Origin: a virus
DNA length: 64,000 nt
Reading direction: 5' to 3' (one strand)
Virus record (IMG/VR): IMGVR_UViG_3300003962_000007
Span: 18,934 to 82,933 of that record
A model generated the notes under the pieces. It was not told the origin of the DNA. It saw only the letters and a list, made by a program, of their open reading frames with translations, and searched no databases. This document shows positions 18,087 through 25,875 of the stretch, piece by piece. A program made the position numbers and the translations under genes. Each line of letters starts with the position of its first letter. Position 1 is the first letter of the stretch.

Positions 18087-19067
18087 ATGGCAGGAACATT
18101 CGTAGTTAAAGCTATTACTAACCTAGATGAAGCTAAGATAGGCGATGTTATTCACGAAAGTGATTATTCTACCCTTACCCCCGAAGGTAAGTTTGTTCAG
18201 TTGGAATATAAAGCCAACAAAGAAGAGGTGGAAAAACTTGAAGTGTTTCCGGGCATTTACACCATATCTAAAAGTATGGCAGGTCTTTACCTAGAAAAAA
18301 CAGAGTTTACTAAAGACGCTATTCTAGAAGAGTTTGTTAATACCGCAGAGATTGAGAATAAAGTAGACATGTTCTTTAGAAACATGCACAAATACAAAGA
18401 CTTAGGCATTGATGTTGCCACTAGAAAGATTCTTCTTTACGGCGCACCTGGCACTGGAAAAACCACAGCAATTTCAAAAGCTTGCGCTAAGTATGTTTCT
18501 GATAAAAAAACTCTAGTTGTTGTATACCCAACAGCTAAATACGAAGCATATGAAATTAAAGATTTAATTAAGAAGTTTAAATACACCGATATTGAGAAAA
18601 TGATTTTAGTTATGGAAGATATTGGTGGTGTAGAGATGGAAGAAGTTAGAAGAGGTTCAGACTCTGAACTCTTAAGTCTTCTAGATAACCAAGAGAAAAC
18701 CCTTACAATCCCAACGCTTGTAATCGCTACAACTAACTTCCCCGAAACTTTTATGTCTAATCTAACCAATAGACCTGGAAGATTTGACGATAAGATTAAA
18801 GCTGGTAATCCCTCTGCAGATAGCCGTATTAAGCTCCTACAGTTCTTTAATAAGGCAGAAATCTCAGATAAGGTTAAGTCCCTACTTAAAACAAAAGATG
18901 CTGATGAGATGTCTCCTGCGCATCTTAAAGAGGCGGTTATTAGATCGGTAATCCACGAGAAAGAACTAGAAGCCGCTGTAAAAGAAATTATTGACGAAAT
19001 TAAGCTATATAAGAAAGGTTTTAACGATAAATCTGGGTCTGTAGGTTTATTTAATGATTTCCAGTAA
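18087..19067 (+). CDS. AAA+ ATPase (paralog of 2090..2998)
   Basis: GAPGTGKT, LVMED, LLSLLD, ATTN, RPGRFD. Confidence 0.9.
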   Translation: MAGTFVVKAITNLDEAKIGDVIHESDYSTLTPEGKFVQLEYKANKEEVEKLEVFPGIYTISKSMAGLYLEKTEFTKDAILEEFVNTAEIENKVDMFFRNMHKYKDLGIDVATRKILLYGAPGTGKTTAISKACAKYVSDKKTLVVVYPTAKYEAYEIKDLIKKFKYTDIEKMILVMEDIGGVEMEEVRRGSDSELLSLLDNQEKTLTIPTLVIATTNFPETFMSNLTNRPGRFDDKIKAGNPSADSRIKLLQFFNKAEISDKVKSLLKTKDADEMSPAHLKEAVIRSVIHEKELEAAVKEIIDEIKLYKKGFNDKSGSVGLFNDFQ

Positions 19068-19242
19068 TTATGCTAAAAAACCCAGGCTGTTATTTCAATC
19101 AGACTATTTCCTTCATGATTATTACGGAGTAGAAACTCTGTACGGGTTATTAGAAAAAAGATATATCAAGTTAAATAGAAAGCAAGCTAGATTGAGTAGC
19201 GAATGGGCCGGATTAATAGTAAGACGCGAGAGAATAAAATGA
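19054..19242 (+). CDS. hypothetical protein
   Basis: 62-aa ORF filling gap. Confidence 0.45.
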   Translation: MISSNYAKKPRLLFQSDYFLHDYYGVETLYGLLEKRYIKLNRKQARLSSEWAGLIVRRERIK

Positions 19243-19463
19243 GCGTATTTAAAATGGCTGAATATAAAAAGGCTAAACTAATGGTTAGTCAGCTAGAAAA
19301 AGTCATTAAGATAGTTGAGGTTTGTGAAGCAAGTTTAAGTGGTTATATTAAATACAGACCTGTTCGAAACATATTAACAACTATTAAAGAAGAAAAATTC
19401 TTTCTCAATTTGGCTCTAGACGAGTATAAGATCATACTCCAAACAAAGGGAGAAACTCGCTAA
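19239..19463 (+). CDS. hypothetical protein
   Basis: ATGA overlap start MSVFKMAEY. Confidence 0.6.
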   Translation: MSVFKMAEYKKAKLMVSQLEKVIKIVEVCEASLSGYIKYRPVRNILTTIKEEKFFLNLALDEYKIILQTKGETR

Positions 19464-19792
19464 TGTCTAAACGTATTAACTGGAAAAAAGAGGTTAAACG
19501 AATTCCGTCTAAAGTATTAATAGACAAAAAAGTTAATTATGACGTTGTTTGGCAACATGATATTATAGATACAAAAGGAAATCATCTGTGCGGTCTGACT
19601 GATTTAGATAATAAGATTATTTTTATCAAGATTGGAATGCCTGCTAGATTAACTATAGAAACTTATTTTCACGAGATTTTCCATGCCTGGTCGCATGAAC
19701 ATGAAATAAATTTAACTGAACCACAAGTATTAGCAATGGAAAAAATAGTTCCGTTTTTAATAAGGAAAGACAACATTCTCAAAGAGGAATAA
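19463..19792 (+). CDS. putative zinc metallopeptidase-like protein
   Basis: GLTD...I.I ... HEIFHA (HExxH) followed by E. Confidence 0.7.
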   Translation: MSKRINWKKEVKRIPSKVLIDKKVNYDVVWQHDIIDTKGNHLCGLTDLDNKIIFIKIGMPARLTIETYFHEIFHAWSHEHEINLTEPQVLAMEKIVPFLIRKDNILKEE

Positions 19793-20592
19793 TGAAAAAA
19801 GAAATTAAAATTCTATTAATCGATATTGAAACTAAACCACTTAAAAGTTTTCATTGGGGTTTGTTTGAAGAACAAGGTGGACTAGCTATGCTAGAAGAAG
19901 ACTGGAGTATTTTATCTTGGTCTGCAGCTTGGTATTCTGTTGACGGTAAAAAGAAGAATAAAGTAATGTATATGGATAACCGCAAGAAGAAAGATTTAAT
20001 GGACGATAAAGACCTTCTTCTAGGACTAAGAGACTTATTGGAGGAGGCCGATTATGTTATTGGACATAATTTAGCCAGATTTGACGCTAAAAAGATTAAC
20101 GCTAGGTTTTTAGCTCATGATATTAAACCGCCTAGTCCGTATAAACAAGTAGATACACTTAAGATTGCAAAGAAGCATTTCGCTCTAACTAGTAATAAAC
20201 TTGAATACTTGGCTAAATATTTAAAATGTAAAGTAAGAAAACTTAAATCCAGAAAATTCATTGGTATGGACTTATGGAAAGAGTGTATGAAACACAACCA
20301 AAAAGCCTGGAAAGAAATGGAGCTTTACAATAAGACTGACGTATTAGTTTTAGAAGAGGTTGCCCGTAAATTGCTTCCTTGGGATAACACAATTAACCTC
20401 AACATTCTAACTCCTAATGAGTTCTCTTGTACCTGCGGGAGTAAGGAATATCACGAAAACGGACATTCATATGAAAAGGCGGGAATTTTCAAAAGGCTTA
20501 AGTGTAAAAAGTGTGGAAGAAACTATAAGCTAAGTCCTAATCTATTGTCTAAAGAACAAGGTGGAGAAGGCACTAAATTAATTCCGAGGTAA
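19792..20592 (+). CDS. DEDD/RNase H-like 3'-5' exonuclease with C-terminal zinc ribbon
   Basis: IDIET, GHN..RFD, VDTL, YN..DV; CTCGS...CKKC. Confidence 0.85.
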   Translation: MKKEIKILLIDIETKPLKSFHWGLFEEQGGLAMLEEDWSILSWSAAWYSVDGKKKNKVMYMDNRKKKDLMDDKDLLLGLRDLLEEADYVIGHNLARFDAKKINARFLAHDIKPPSPYKQVDTLKIAKKHFALTSNKLEYLAKYLKCKVRKLKSRKFIGMDLWKECMKHNQKAWKEMELYNKTDVLVLEEVARKLLPWDNTINLNILTPNEFSCTCGSKEYHENGHSYEKAGIFKRLKCKKCGRNYKLSPNLLSKEQGGEGTKLIPR

Positions 20593-20595
20593 TAA

Positions 20596-20667
20596 ATGTA
20601 CGAGTATTTTTCCATTATTATAACAATTGTAGCGGTGTTAATTTTACTTATTGATCCACGCGTTTGA
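20596..20667 (+). CDS. putative 23-aa membrane micropeptide
   Basis: MYEYFSIIITIVAVLILLIDPRV*; GAGGT SD. Confidence 0.45.
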   Translation: MYEYFSIIITIVAVLILLIDPRV

Positions 20668-20675
20668 GGCATTAA

Positions 20676-20951
20676 ATGACATACGATTCAATATCTAAAG
20701 TTGTAGCAGATATCGGTAAGCAGCAAGAAAATATTATTCTTGGTCAATTAAATGATTTAATTAAACGAGGATTATTAGTCATCGAGTCCACTCAACCAAC
20801 ACTAGTACAGGACCCTGATTCAACTAAGATTTTATTACGACAATCAGTTAAACTTACTTTAAAAGATATAGAATATATTCAATCTTTAGAAGAAGAAAAT
20901 AAAAAATTAAAAGAAAAATTGTTGTCAATTGAAACCGCTTTAAAAGACTAG
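20676..20951 (+). CDS. hypothetical protein with coiled-coil tail
   Basis: 91-aa ORF, GAGG SD. Confidence 0.7.
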   Translation: MTYDSISKVVADIGKQQENIILGQLNDLIKRGLLVIESTQPTLVQDPDSTKILLRQSVKLTLKDIEYIQSLEEENKKLKEKLLSIETALKD

Positions 20952-20956
20952 AGGTA

Positions 20957-21328
20957 ATGATGGATAAAAAAGTTGGAGAAGGTTTATTAGAAGGAATGAA
21001 AGATGCTTTAGAGCACGCTAAGGGTAAAAAGTTTGATAGTGAAAAGCCTGACCTATCGCTTCTTCCTAAAGAACCTCTGTGGGAAATCGCTACTGTATTG
21101 ACTAAGGGCGCGGTCAAGTACGGAAGGTACAATTGGATGGAAGGCATTGAAATCAGTAGACTTTTAGCCGCCTCAATGAGACACATTACACAGTTCAATG
21201 ACGGCGAGGACCGTGACCCTGAACTTTCCACGGTTCATCTTGCAAACGCCTGCTGTAATTTAATGTTCGCTATGTGGATGCTACAATATAGACCTGATTT
21301 AGATAATAGGAGAAAGAAAAATGGATAG
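20957..21328 (+). CDS. dATP/dGTP diphosphohydrolase (DUF5664-like)
   Basis: KFDSEKPDLSLLP, GAVKYGRYNW, RH...GED.DPE...HLANACCN. Confidence 0.85.
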   Translation: MMDKKVGEGLLEGMKDALEHAKGKKFDSEKPDLSLLPKEPLWEIATVLTKGAVKYGRYNWMEGIEISRLLAASMRHITQFNDGEDRDPELSTVHLANACCNLMFAMWMLQYRPDLDNRRKKNG

Positions 21329-21509
21329 AAAAGAATATTTACAAAGAGTATTTCAAGGTCAAATTAATTCGTTAAAAAGAGATATTGAAATATCTAAAGC
21401 AGAAATCGAAGATTTAGAAAGTGCTTTAAGACAAGAAAGATTAAATCTAGAAGGTAATATTGAATTGTTAAAAATTGCAGAAAAGGAATATAAAAATGCA
21501 ACCAATTGA
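21321..21509 (+). CDS. coiled-coil hypothetical protein
   Basis: AGGAG SD; heptad pattern. Confidence 0.6.
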   Translation: MDRKEYLQRVFQGQINSLKRDIEISKAEIEDLESALRQERLNLEGNIELLKIAEKEYKNATN

Positions 21510-21972
21510 TTATGAAAAGCTTTTGAAGACTTTTATTACTACAGAGGTTAAGATTAAAAAATTAAATCCTGACGCAATAATTCCCTCATATGCCAAGCCA
21601 GGAGATGCTGGAATGGATATGGTAGCAACTGAAGTTTACATTGAAGATGGATCGTTAGTATGTAAAACAGGATTGGCTATGGAAATTCCAGAAGGCCACG
21701 TTGGTCTTTTGTTTCCCAGGTCCTCTATCTCTAAATATGATCTATCTCTTTCCAATTCTGTTGGTGTGATCGATAGTCAGTATCGTGGAGAGATCATGTT
21801 TAAATTTAAATACTTACATCTTGATACATTTAATCCAGTTAGACAATATAAAAAAGGAGATAGAGTTGGTCAGATTATTATAATGCCTTATCCTAAAATT
21901 GAATTTAACGAAGTACAAGAACTAAGCGAAAGTGAGAGAGGAAATGGCGGTTTCGGAAGCACGGGCAGGTAG
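21496..21972 (+). CDS. dut: trimeric dUTPase
   Basis: AGMD, PRSS, GVIDSQYRGE, GDRVGQ, RGNGGFGSTG. Confidence 0.95.
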   Translation: MQPIDYEKLLKTFITTEVKIKKLNPDAIIPSYAKPGDAGMDMVATEVYIEDGSLVCKTGLAMEIPEGHVGLLFPRSSISKYDLSLSNSVGVIDSQYRGEIMFKFKYLHLDTFNPVRQYKKGDRVGQIIIMPYPKIEFNEVQELSESERGNGGFGSTGR

Positions 21973-22297
21973 AAGAAGAACCAGGAAAAAGAAATACGAC
22001 AAAGAACAAGAATATATTAATCGACTTGAAAAAGAAAATAGAGAATTAAAATCAATCAATAGAAGCTTACTTAGACAGATTAAAAAACTATCTAAAGGTA
22101 TTAATAGATTAGAATATGAAGAAACAATAGAAAGATTGGAAAATGAGCAGGAAGAAAAAAGACCACGACAATCTATTAAAAGAAGCTGCCCTGAGTGTGG
22201 AAATGCTGGGCTCAAAGAAGTTGATATCGCAGGAAGAAGATTCTATCGATGCTCTAACTGCGACTACAAGTCTGGAAGAGTTAAACGAGACGACTGA
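21944..22297 (+). CDS. coiled-coil + zinc-ribbon protein
   Basis: CPEC...CSNC at C-terminus; GAGG upstream of ATG 21944. Confidence 0.65.
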   Translation: MAVSEARAGRRRTRKKKYDKEQEYINRLEKENRELKSINRSLLRQIKKLSKGINRLEYEETIERLENEQEEKRPRQSIKRSCPECGNAGLKEVDIAGRRFYRCSNCDYKSGRVKRDD

Positions 22298-22706
22298 ATT
22301 TGACGAACATAGAGAAGAAGAACAAACTAAAGATATAGAAGTTGTCAATGAATTAACTGACGATAAGTTTGAAAAAGAACTACGTAAGTTCATTATCCCA
22401 AAACTACGATCAGCAAGCTACAGATGGAAATTTAGAAGTGAAGCTATTAAAAAAGCTAGAGTTTCTAGAGGCAACTACCGGTGTGCTATGTGCGGTAAAG
22501 ACGATCTAAAGAATGGCGAGTTCGCGGTAGACCATGTTGAGCCTGTGGTGGCGCTAACCGGCTGGGACGGTGATCTAGATACATATATTCGAAGAATGTT
22601 TGTAAAAACAGAGGGTTGGCAGATTCTTTGTAAAGACCCTTGTCATACTATAAAAACAGATACAGAAACACAAATAAGAAAATTACATCGATCTAAGAAA
22701 AAATAG
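22143..22706 (+). CDS. HNH endonuclease-like protein (true start probably ~22280-22290)
   Basis: CAMC, VDHVEPV, QILC..CH..KT. Confidence 0.8.
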   Translation: MSRKKKDHDNLLKEAALSVEMLGSKKLISQEEDSIDALTATTSLEELNETTEFDEHREEEQTKDIEVVNELTDDKFEKELRKFIIPKLRSASYRWKFRSEAIKKARVSRGNYRCAMCGKDDLKNGEFAVDHVEPVVALTGWDGDLDTYIRRMFVKTEGWQILCKDPCHTIKTDTETQIRKLHRSKKK

Positions 22707-22735
22707 TTGACTTTTATATATAATAATGGTATTAT
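22707..22735 (+). promoter_or_regulatory. sigma70-type promoter
   Basis: TTGACT-17-TATTAT with extended TG; leadered (AAGGA SD before 22772). Confidence 0.65.
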
Positions 22736-22771
22736 ATGACTAGTTACTAATAATAACATAAAGGAAAATGA

Positions 22772-23596
22772 ATGAAAAACAATAAACTTGTTGCCTTACT
22801 TGGCGTTCTCATTGTGGGAGCTGCTGTACTAGTAGGCACTAAATATGCAAATAACTCAGAAAAATCGCCAACTTCTGTCGTTGTTAAGAACCATACCATT
22901 ACCGGCAACCTCATTAAAGACCTAGACGCTAAAGAAGAATATGTATCTAGTGATAAAAAAGTAACCCGTTATAACACTAACGGACGTGAAGTTTATCTAA
23001 ATAGCGCAGTAACCTATAACTCTACCCAAAAGATTATTGAAGAACTTAAAGCTCTAGAAGCTAAAAGTCATGCCCCTATCTTTCTTTTGATTGATAGTCC
23101 CGGAGGCTCTGTTTACGACGGAAACCTTGTTATTAGCCAAATGGAAGCGTCTAAAGCCCCCATTTATACGGTATGTATGCGTCTATGTGCGTCTATGGCT
23201 GCTTATATTCACTCTTACTGTCATAAACGTTTGTCGGTAGACCGCTCTACTCTAATGTATCACCCTGCTTCTGGCGGTATCGGCGGTCAAGTACCTAATA
23301 TGGTTAGCATGCTTGCTTCCGTTACCAGAACTATCAATAAGCTTAATGCTAATATCGTTAGTCGCTCTAAGCTAAGTCGTCAAGACTTTGAAGCTAAAGT
23401 AGCTTATGAAATTTGGATTGATGCTGAAGATGCTCTTGAACAAGGGTTGACTGACGAAATCGTTAGCGTAACTACTTCTTGGAAAGCCGAGGAAGAACAA
23501 GCTTCGGTATATGAAGAAAAAACTACAGTAGCTCCTCCTACAGCTCGTAGATTTAACTTTGACTTGATTTCTCCTTACGCTAAAGAGCTTTGGTAA
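22772..23596 (+). CDS. ClpP/S14-like serine protease with N-terminal membrane anchor
   Basis: IDSPGGSV, CASMAA (Ser), MYHPAS (His), W.DAEDA...GL.DEIV; MKNNK + hydrophobic helix. Confidence 0.85.
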   Translation: MKNNKLVALLGVLIVGAAVLVGTKYANNSEKSPTSVVVKNHTITGNLIKDLDAKEEYVSSDKKVTRYNTNGREVYLNSAVTYNSTQKIIEELKALEAKSHAPIFLLIDSPGGSVYDGNLVISQMEASKAPIYTVCMRLCASMAAYIHSYCHKRLSVDRSTLMYHPASGGIGGQVPNMVSMLASVTRTINKLNANIVSRSKLSRQDFEAKVAYEIWIDAEDALEQGLTDEIVSVTTSWKAEEEQASVYEEKTTVAPPTARRFNFDLISPYAKELW

Positions 23597-23597
23597 A

Positions 23598-23879
23598 ATG
23601 GAAAAACTAAAACAATATTTCGGTATTGTAATTGGTCTAGTAATTGCGGTTCTAACGGGGGCGTTCTTATACGAGCGCTCCCGACGCAAGTCCGCAGAAG
23701 CTATCGCTGATAATAAAGAAATGTTAGACGAAATTAATAAAGGCGATCAAAAGCTAGCTAAGAACGAAGGTCAATTAGAATCCGAAGAGGAAAAAAGAAA
23801 TGAAATTGCTAAACAAGCTAACGATAGGAAGTCTGATGTTGATGAGTCTTTATCTGATTTCCTCAAAAAGCGTTCATAG
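23598..23879 (+). CDS. membrane-anchored coiled-coil protein (i-spanin-like topology)
   Basis: N-terminal TM then charged helix. Confidence 0.6.
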   Translation: MEKLKQYFGIVIGLVIAVLTGAFLYERSRRKSAEAIADNKEMLDEINKGDQKLAKNEGQLESEEEKRNEIAKQANDRKSDVDESLSDFLKKRS

Positions 23880-24072
23880 TGATCGTACTGATAGAGAAAA
23901 AGAACAAGACGAACAGGCCGTTGAGCGCTGTATTAAGCGCTTAAAATGCCCTCATGACGGTAAGTCATTCGATGAGATGACAGAAGACGAACAACATGAA
24001 GCCTATCATTGCAGACAACACCGTTACATGAAATGTATAACCGCTCCAGACCCAGATAAGGTGGAAGAATGA
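23800..24072 (+). CDS. putative exported 4-Cys protein
   Basis: Signal-like N-terminus overlapping the previous gene in another frame; GAGG upstream. Confidence 0.55.
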   Translation: MKLLNKLTIGSLMLMSLYLISSKSVHSDRTDREKEQDEQAVERCIKRLKCPHDGKSFDEMTEDEQHEAYHCRQHRYMKCITAPDPDKVEE

Positions 24073-24464
24073 TTAAATTATTTCTAACAAGTCTATTAAT
24101 TTTTGCTTTCACGATACAATGTGCATTGGCTAACCAATCTGTAGAGCTAGACAAAGGCCAGCTTGCGCCTTTTCCAGGAACTCTTTTAGATAAAGAAACT
24201 GCGAATAAAGTAAAGAACGAACTTATTGAAAAAGACGCTCTTGTTAAAACAAATGAGTCTTTAAATAGATCAATTAAACTTTACAAAGACAACCAGGATA
24301 TCTTAGGCGATCAAAAAGACATGCTCATTAAGCAAAATATTGAACTAACTAAGACCTTAAACGATGCTAGAGATACTTCAGATTGGGTTAAAGTTGGTTA
24401 TTTTGTATTAGGGGTGGTTGTTACCGGAGCGGCAGCTTACGGAGCTAGTCGTTTAGTAAAATGA
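24069..24464 (+). CDS. signal peptide + coiled coil + C-terminal TM protein (spanin-like topology)
   Basis: MIKLFLTSLLIFAF..ALA; APFPG; WVKVGYFVLGVVVTGAAAYGA. Confidence 0.65.
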   Translation: MIKLFLTSLLIFAFTIQCALANQSVELDKGQLAPFPGTLLDKETANKVKNELIEKDALVKTNESLNRSIKLYKDNQDILGDQKDMLIKQNIELTKTLNDARDTSDWVKVGYFVLGVVVTGAAAYGASRLVK

Positions 24465-25207
24465 CACGAAGACTTCCTCACGAAATAAGTACAAACGAGT
24501 TATTGGAAATCATCAATAACACTCCTAAGCTTGTTGAAGAGGAAGAAAAAAAATTAGATGTTCAAGAAGACCCTGTTAATGGTGATGTTCTTGCTTTTTT
24601 AGCTAGGTTTAACATACAAACGGGTGAAAATAAAGTAAAAAAGAATCTACTTTACAACATTTATAAGGCCTGGAGTTCTTATCCAATTAAAAGGAAAGAC
24701 TTTTTCACAATTGTTAATAGATACATAGACAGCGCTACCGGAGCTTCAAGCTATAAGATTAATTTAAACGTGGTGAAGTTATCTTATGATGTTTTTACAG
24801 CATTTAAAAGCAAATATAGAATAGTTACAAATAAATCACGAACAGTTCACTTTGAAAACTTTTTTAATTTCTATGCTTTAAAGTCAGAAGATTATTGGGT
24901 TCATATCAACATACTGTATTATCTTTATCAAGAATATTTAAACGCTTCCCCGAAAAAACAAAGACCGCTATCTTACAAACACTTTATCCATTATACTGCG
25001 GTTTATTTTAAAGTCAAAAATACAAATCAAGGTAAGATGGTTTGTGTATCTAAAAACATTGAAGGGTTCTTTAAAAAAGACCAGTTAAATGAATTAAAGG
25101 TTATGTATGCGAAAGAAAGAGAAAAAGAAATCTTCCAAAAAGAAGAAGCCGAAAAATCGAAGGCAAGAAGAAAAAAACGCAGATTTAAATCCCCGCTTCA
25201 ATCTTAA
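24461..25207 (+). CDS. putative DNA-binding protein with two winged-helix-like repeats
   Basis: LLYNIYKAW...KRKDF and ILYYLYQEY...SYKHF resemble D5-primase C-terminal wHTH; basic tail. Confidence 0.5.
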   Translation: MTRRLPHEISTNELLEIINNTPKLVEEEEKKLDVQEDPVNGDVLAFLARFNIQTGENKVKKNLLYNIYKAWSSYPIKRKDFFTIVNRYIDSATGASSYKINLNVVKLSYDVFTAFKSKYRIVTNKSRTVHFENFFNFYALKSEDYWVHINILYYLYQEYLNASPKKQRPLSYKHFIHYTAVYFKVKNTNQGKMVCVSKNIEGFFKKDQLNELKVMYAKEREKEIFQKEEAEKSKARRKKRRFKSPLQS

Positions 25208-25613
25208 AAGACGATCTGATCTATTAGACTTTGATTACTTACATAAGCTCAGTAAAAAAGAACTTCAATGGTTAAATCAATATACCCTAGAAGAAATTAA
25301 TGCTGGCGTAAATAAAGACCCTAAAAAGAATAGGTTCAATAGAACTAAAAAAGACGTTAAAAGATGTTACGATAGAAATAACGCTCGTAATAGAGACGTT
25401 TTAACTAAATCAAAGATCACTAACAAACTAGTTGATTTAAACTCTGAATATATGCTAAGTCAACAGGTTGATCCTGAAGAAATGCTAATAGAGAAAATGG
25501 ATCAAGAGAATCTATTAAAAGCCATACAGTTTATTTCTGAAGAAAACGACAAGGACGACGTTAATCTAGAAAGAAGCCTTATACAAGCTTTAAAAGATGA
25601 GGAAGAACTTTAA
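25107..25613 (+). CDS. hypothetical basic protein
   Basis: 168-aa ORF, last gene of the plus arm. Confidence 0.65.
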   Translation: MRKKEKKKSSKKKKPKNRRQEEKNADLNPRFNLKRRSDLLDFDYLHKLSKKELQWLNQYTLEEINAGVNKDPKKNRFNRTKKDVKRCYDRNNARNRDVLTKSKITNKLVDLNSEYMLSQQVDPEEMLIEKMDQENLLKAIQFISEENDKDDVNLERSLIQALKDEEEL

Positions 25614-25875
25614 TAAGAAATAAAGTTACTGCACCCATTGTAGCTATTACTTTAATAGCAGAGTTAACAAACATTACATGCTTTTCAATAACTTCTAATC
25701 TAGCTTCGTTAGCTTCAGTTCTAGCCATGTGTTTTTCTAAATTAACTGAATTAAACCTGTGAATTTCACCTTGACGAACTTGTTCAATCTGTAATTCTTC
25801 AATTTTACGGGAATTTTCTTTATTCTGTTCGTGGATTTTTTCGATAATTTCCAACATTAATTGCTCATTACTCAT
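25579..25875 (-). CDS. coiled-coil + C-terminal TM protein (XhlA-like putative holin)
   Basis: Heptads then VIATMGAVTLFLI; GGAG upstream of ATG 25875. Confidence 0.55.
   Translation of the reverse strand: MSNEQLMLEIIEKIHEQNKENSRKIEELQIEQVRQGEIHRFNSVNLEKHMARTEANEARLEVIEKHVMFVNSAIKVIATMGAVTLFLIKVLPHLLKLV

Noticed and set aside
22772..23596. Prohead maturation protease
   Set aside because: Has a membrane anchor, lies on the early strand far from head genes, and the phage has a separate scaffold
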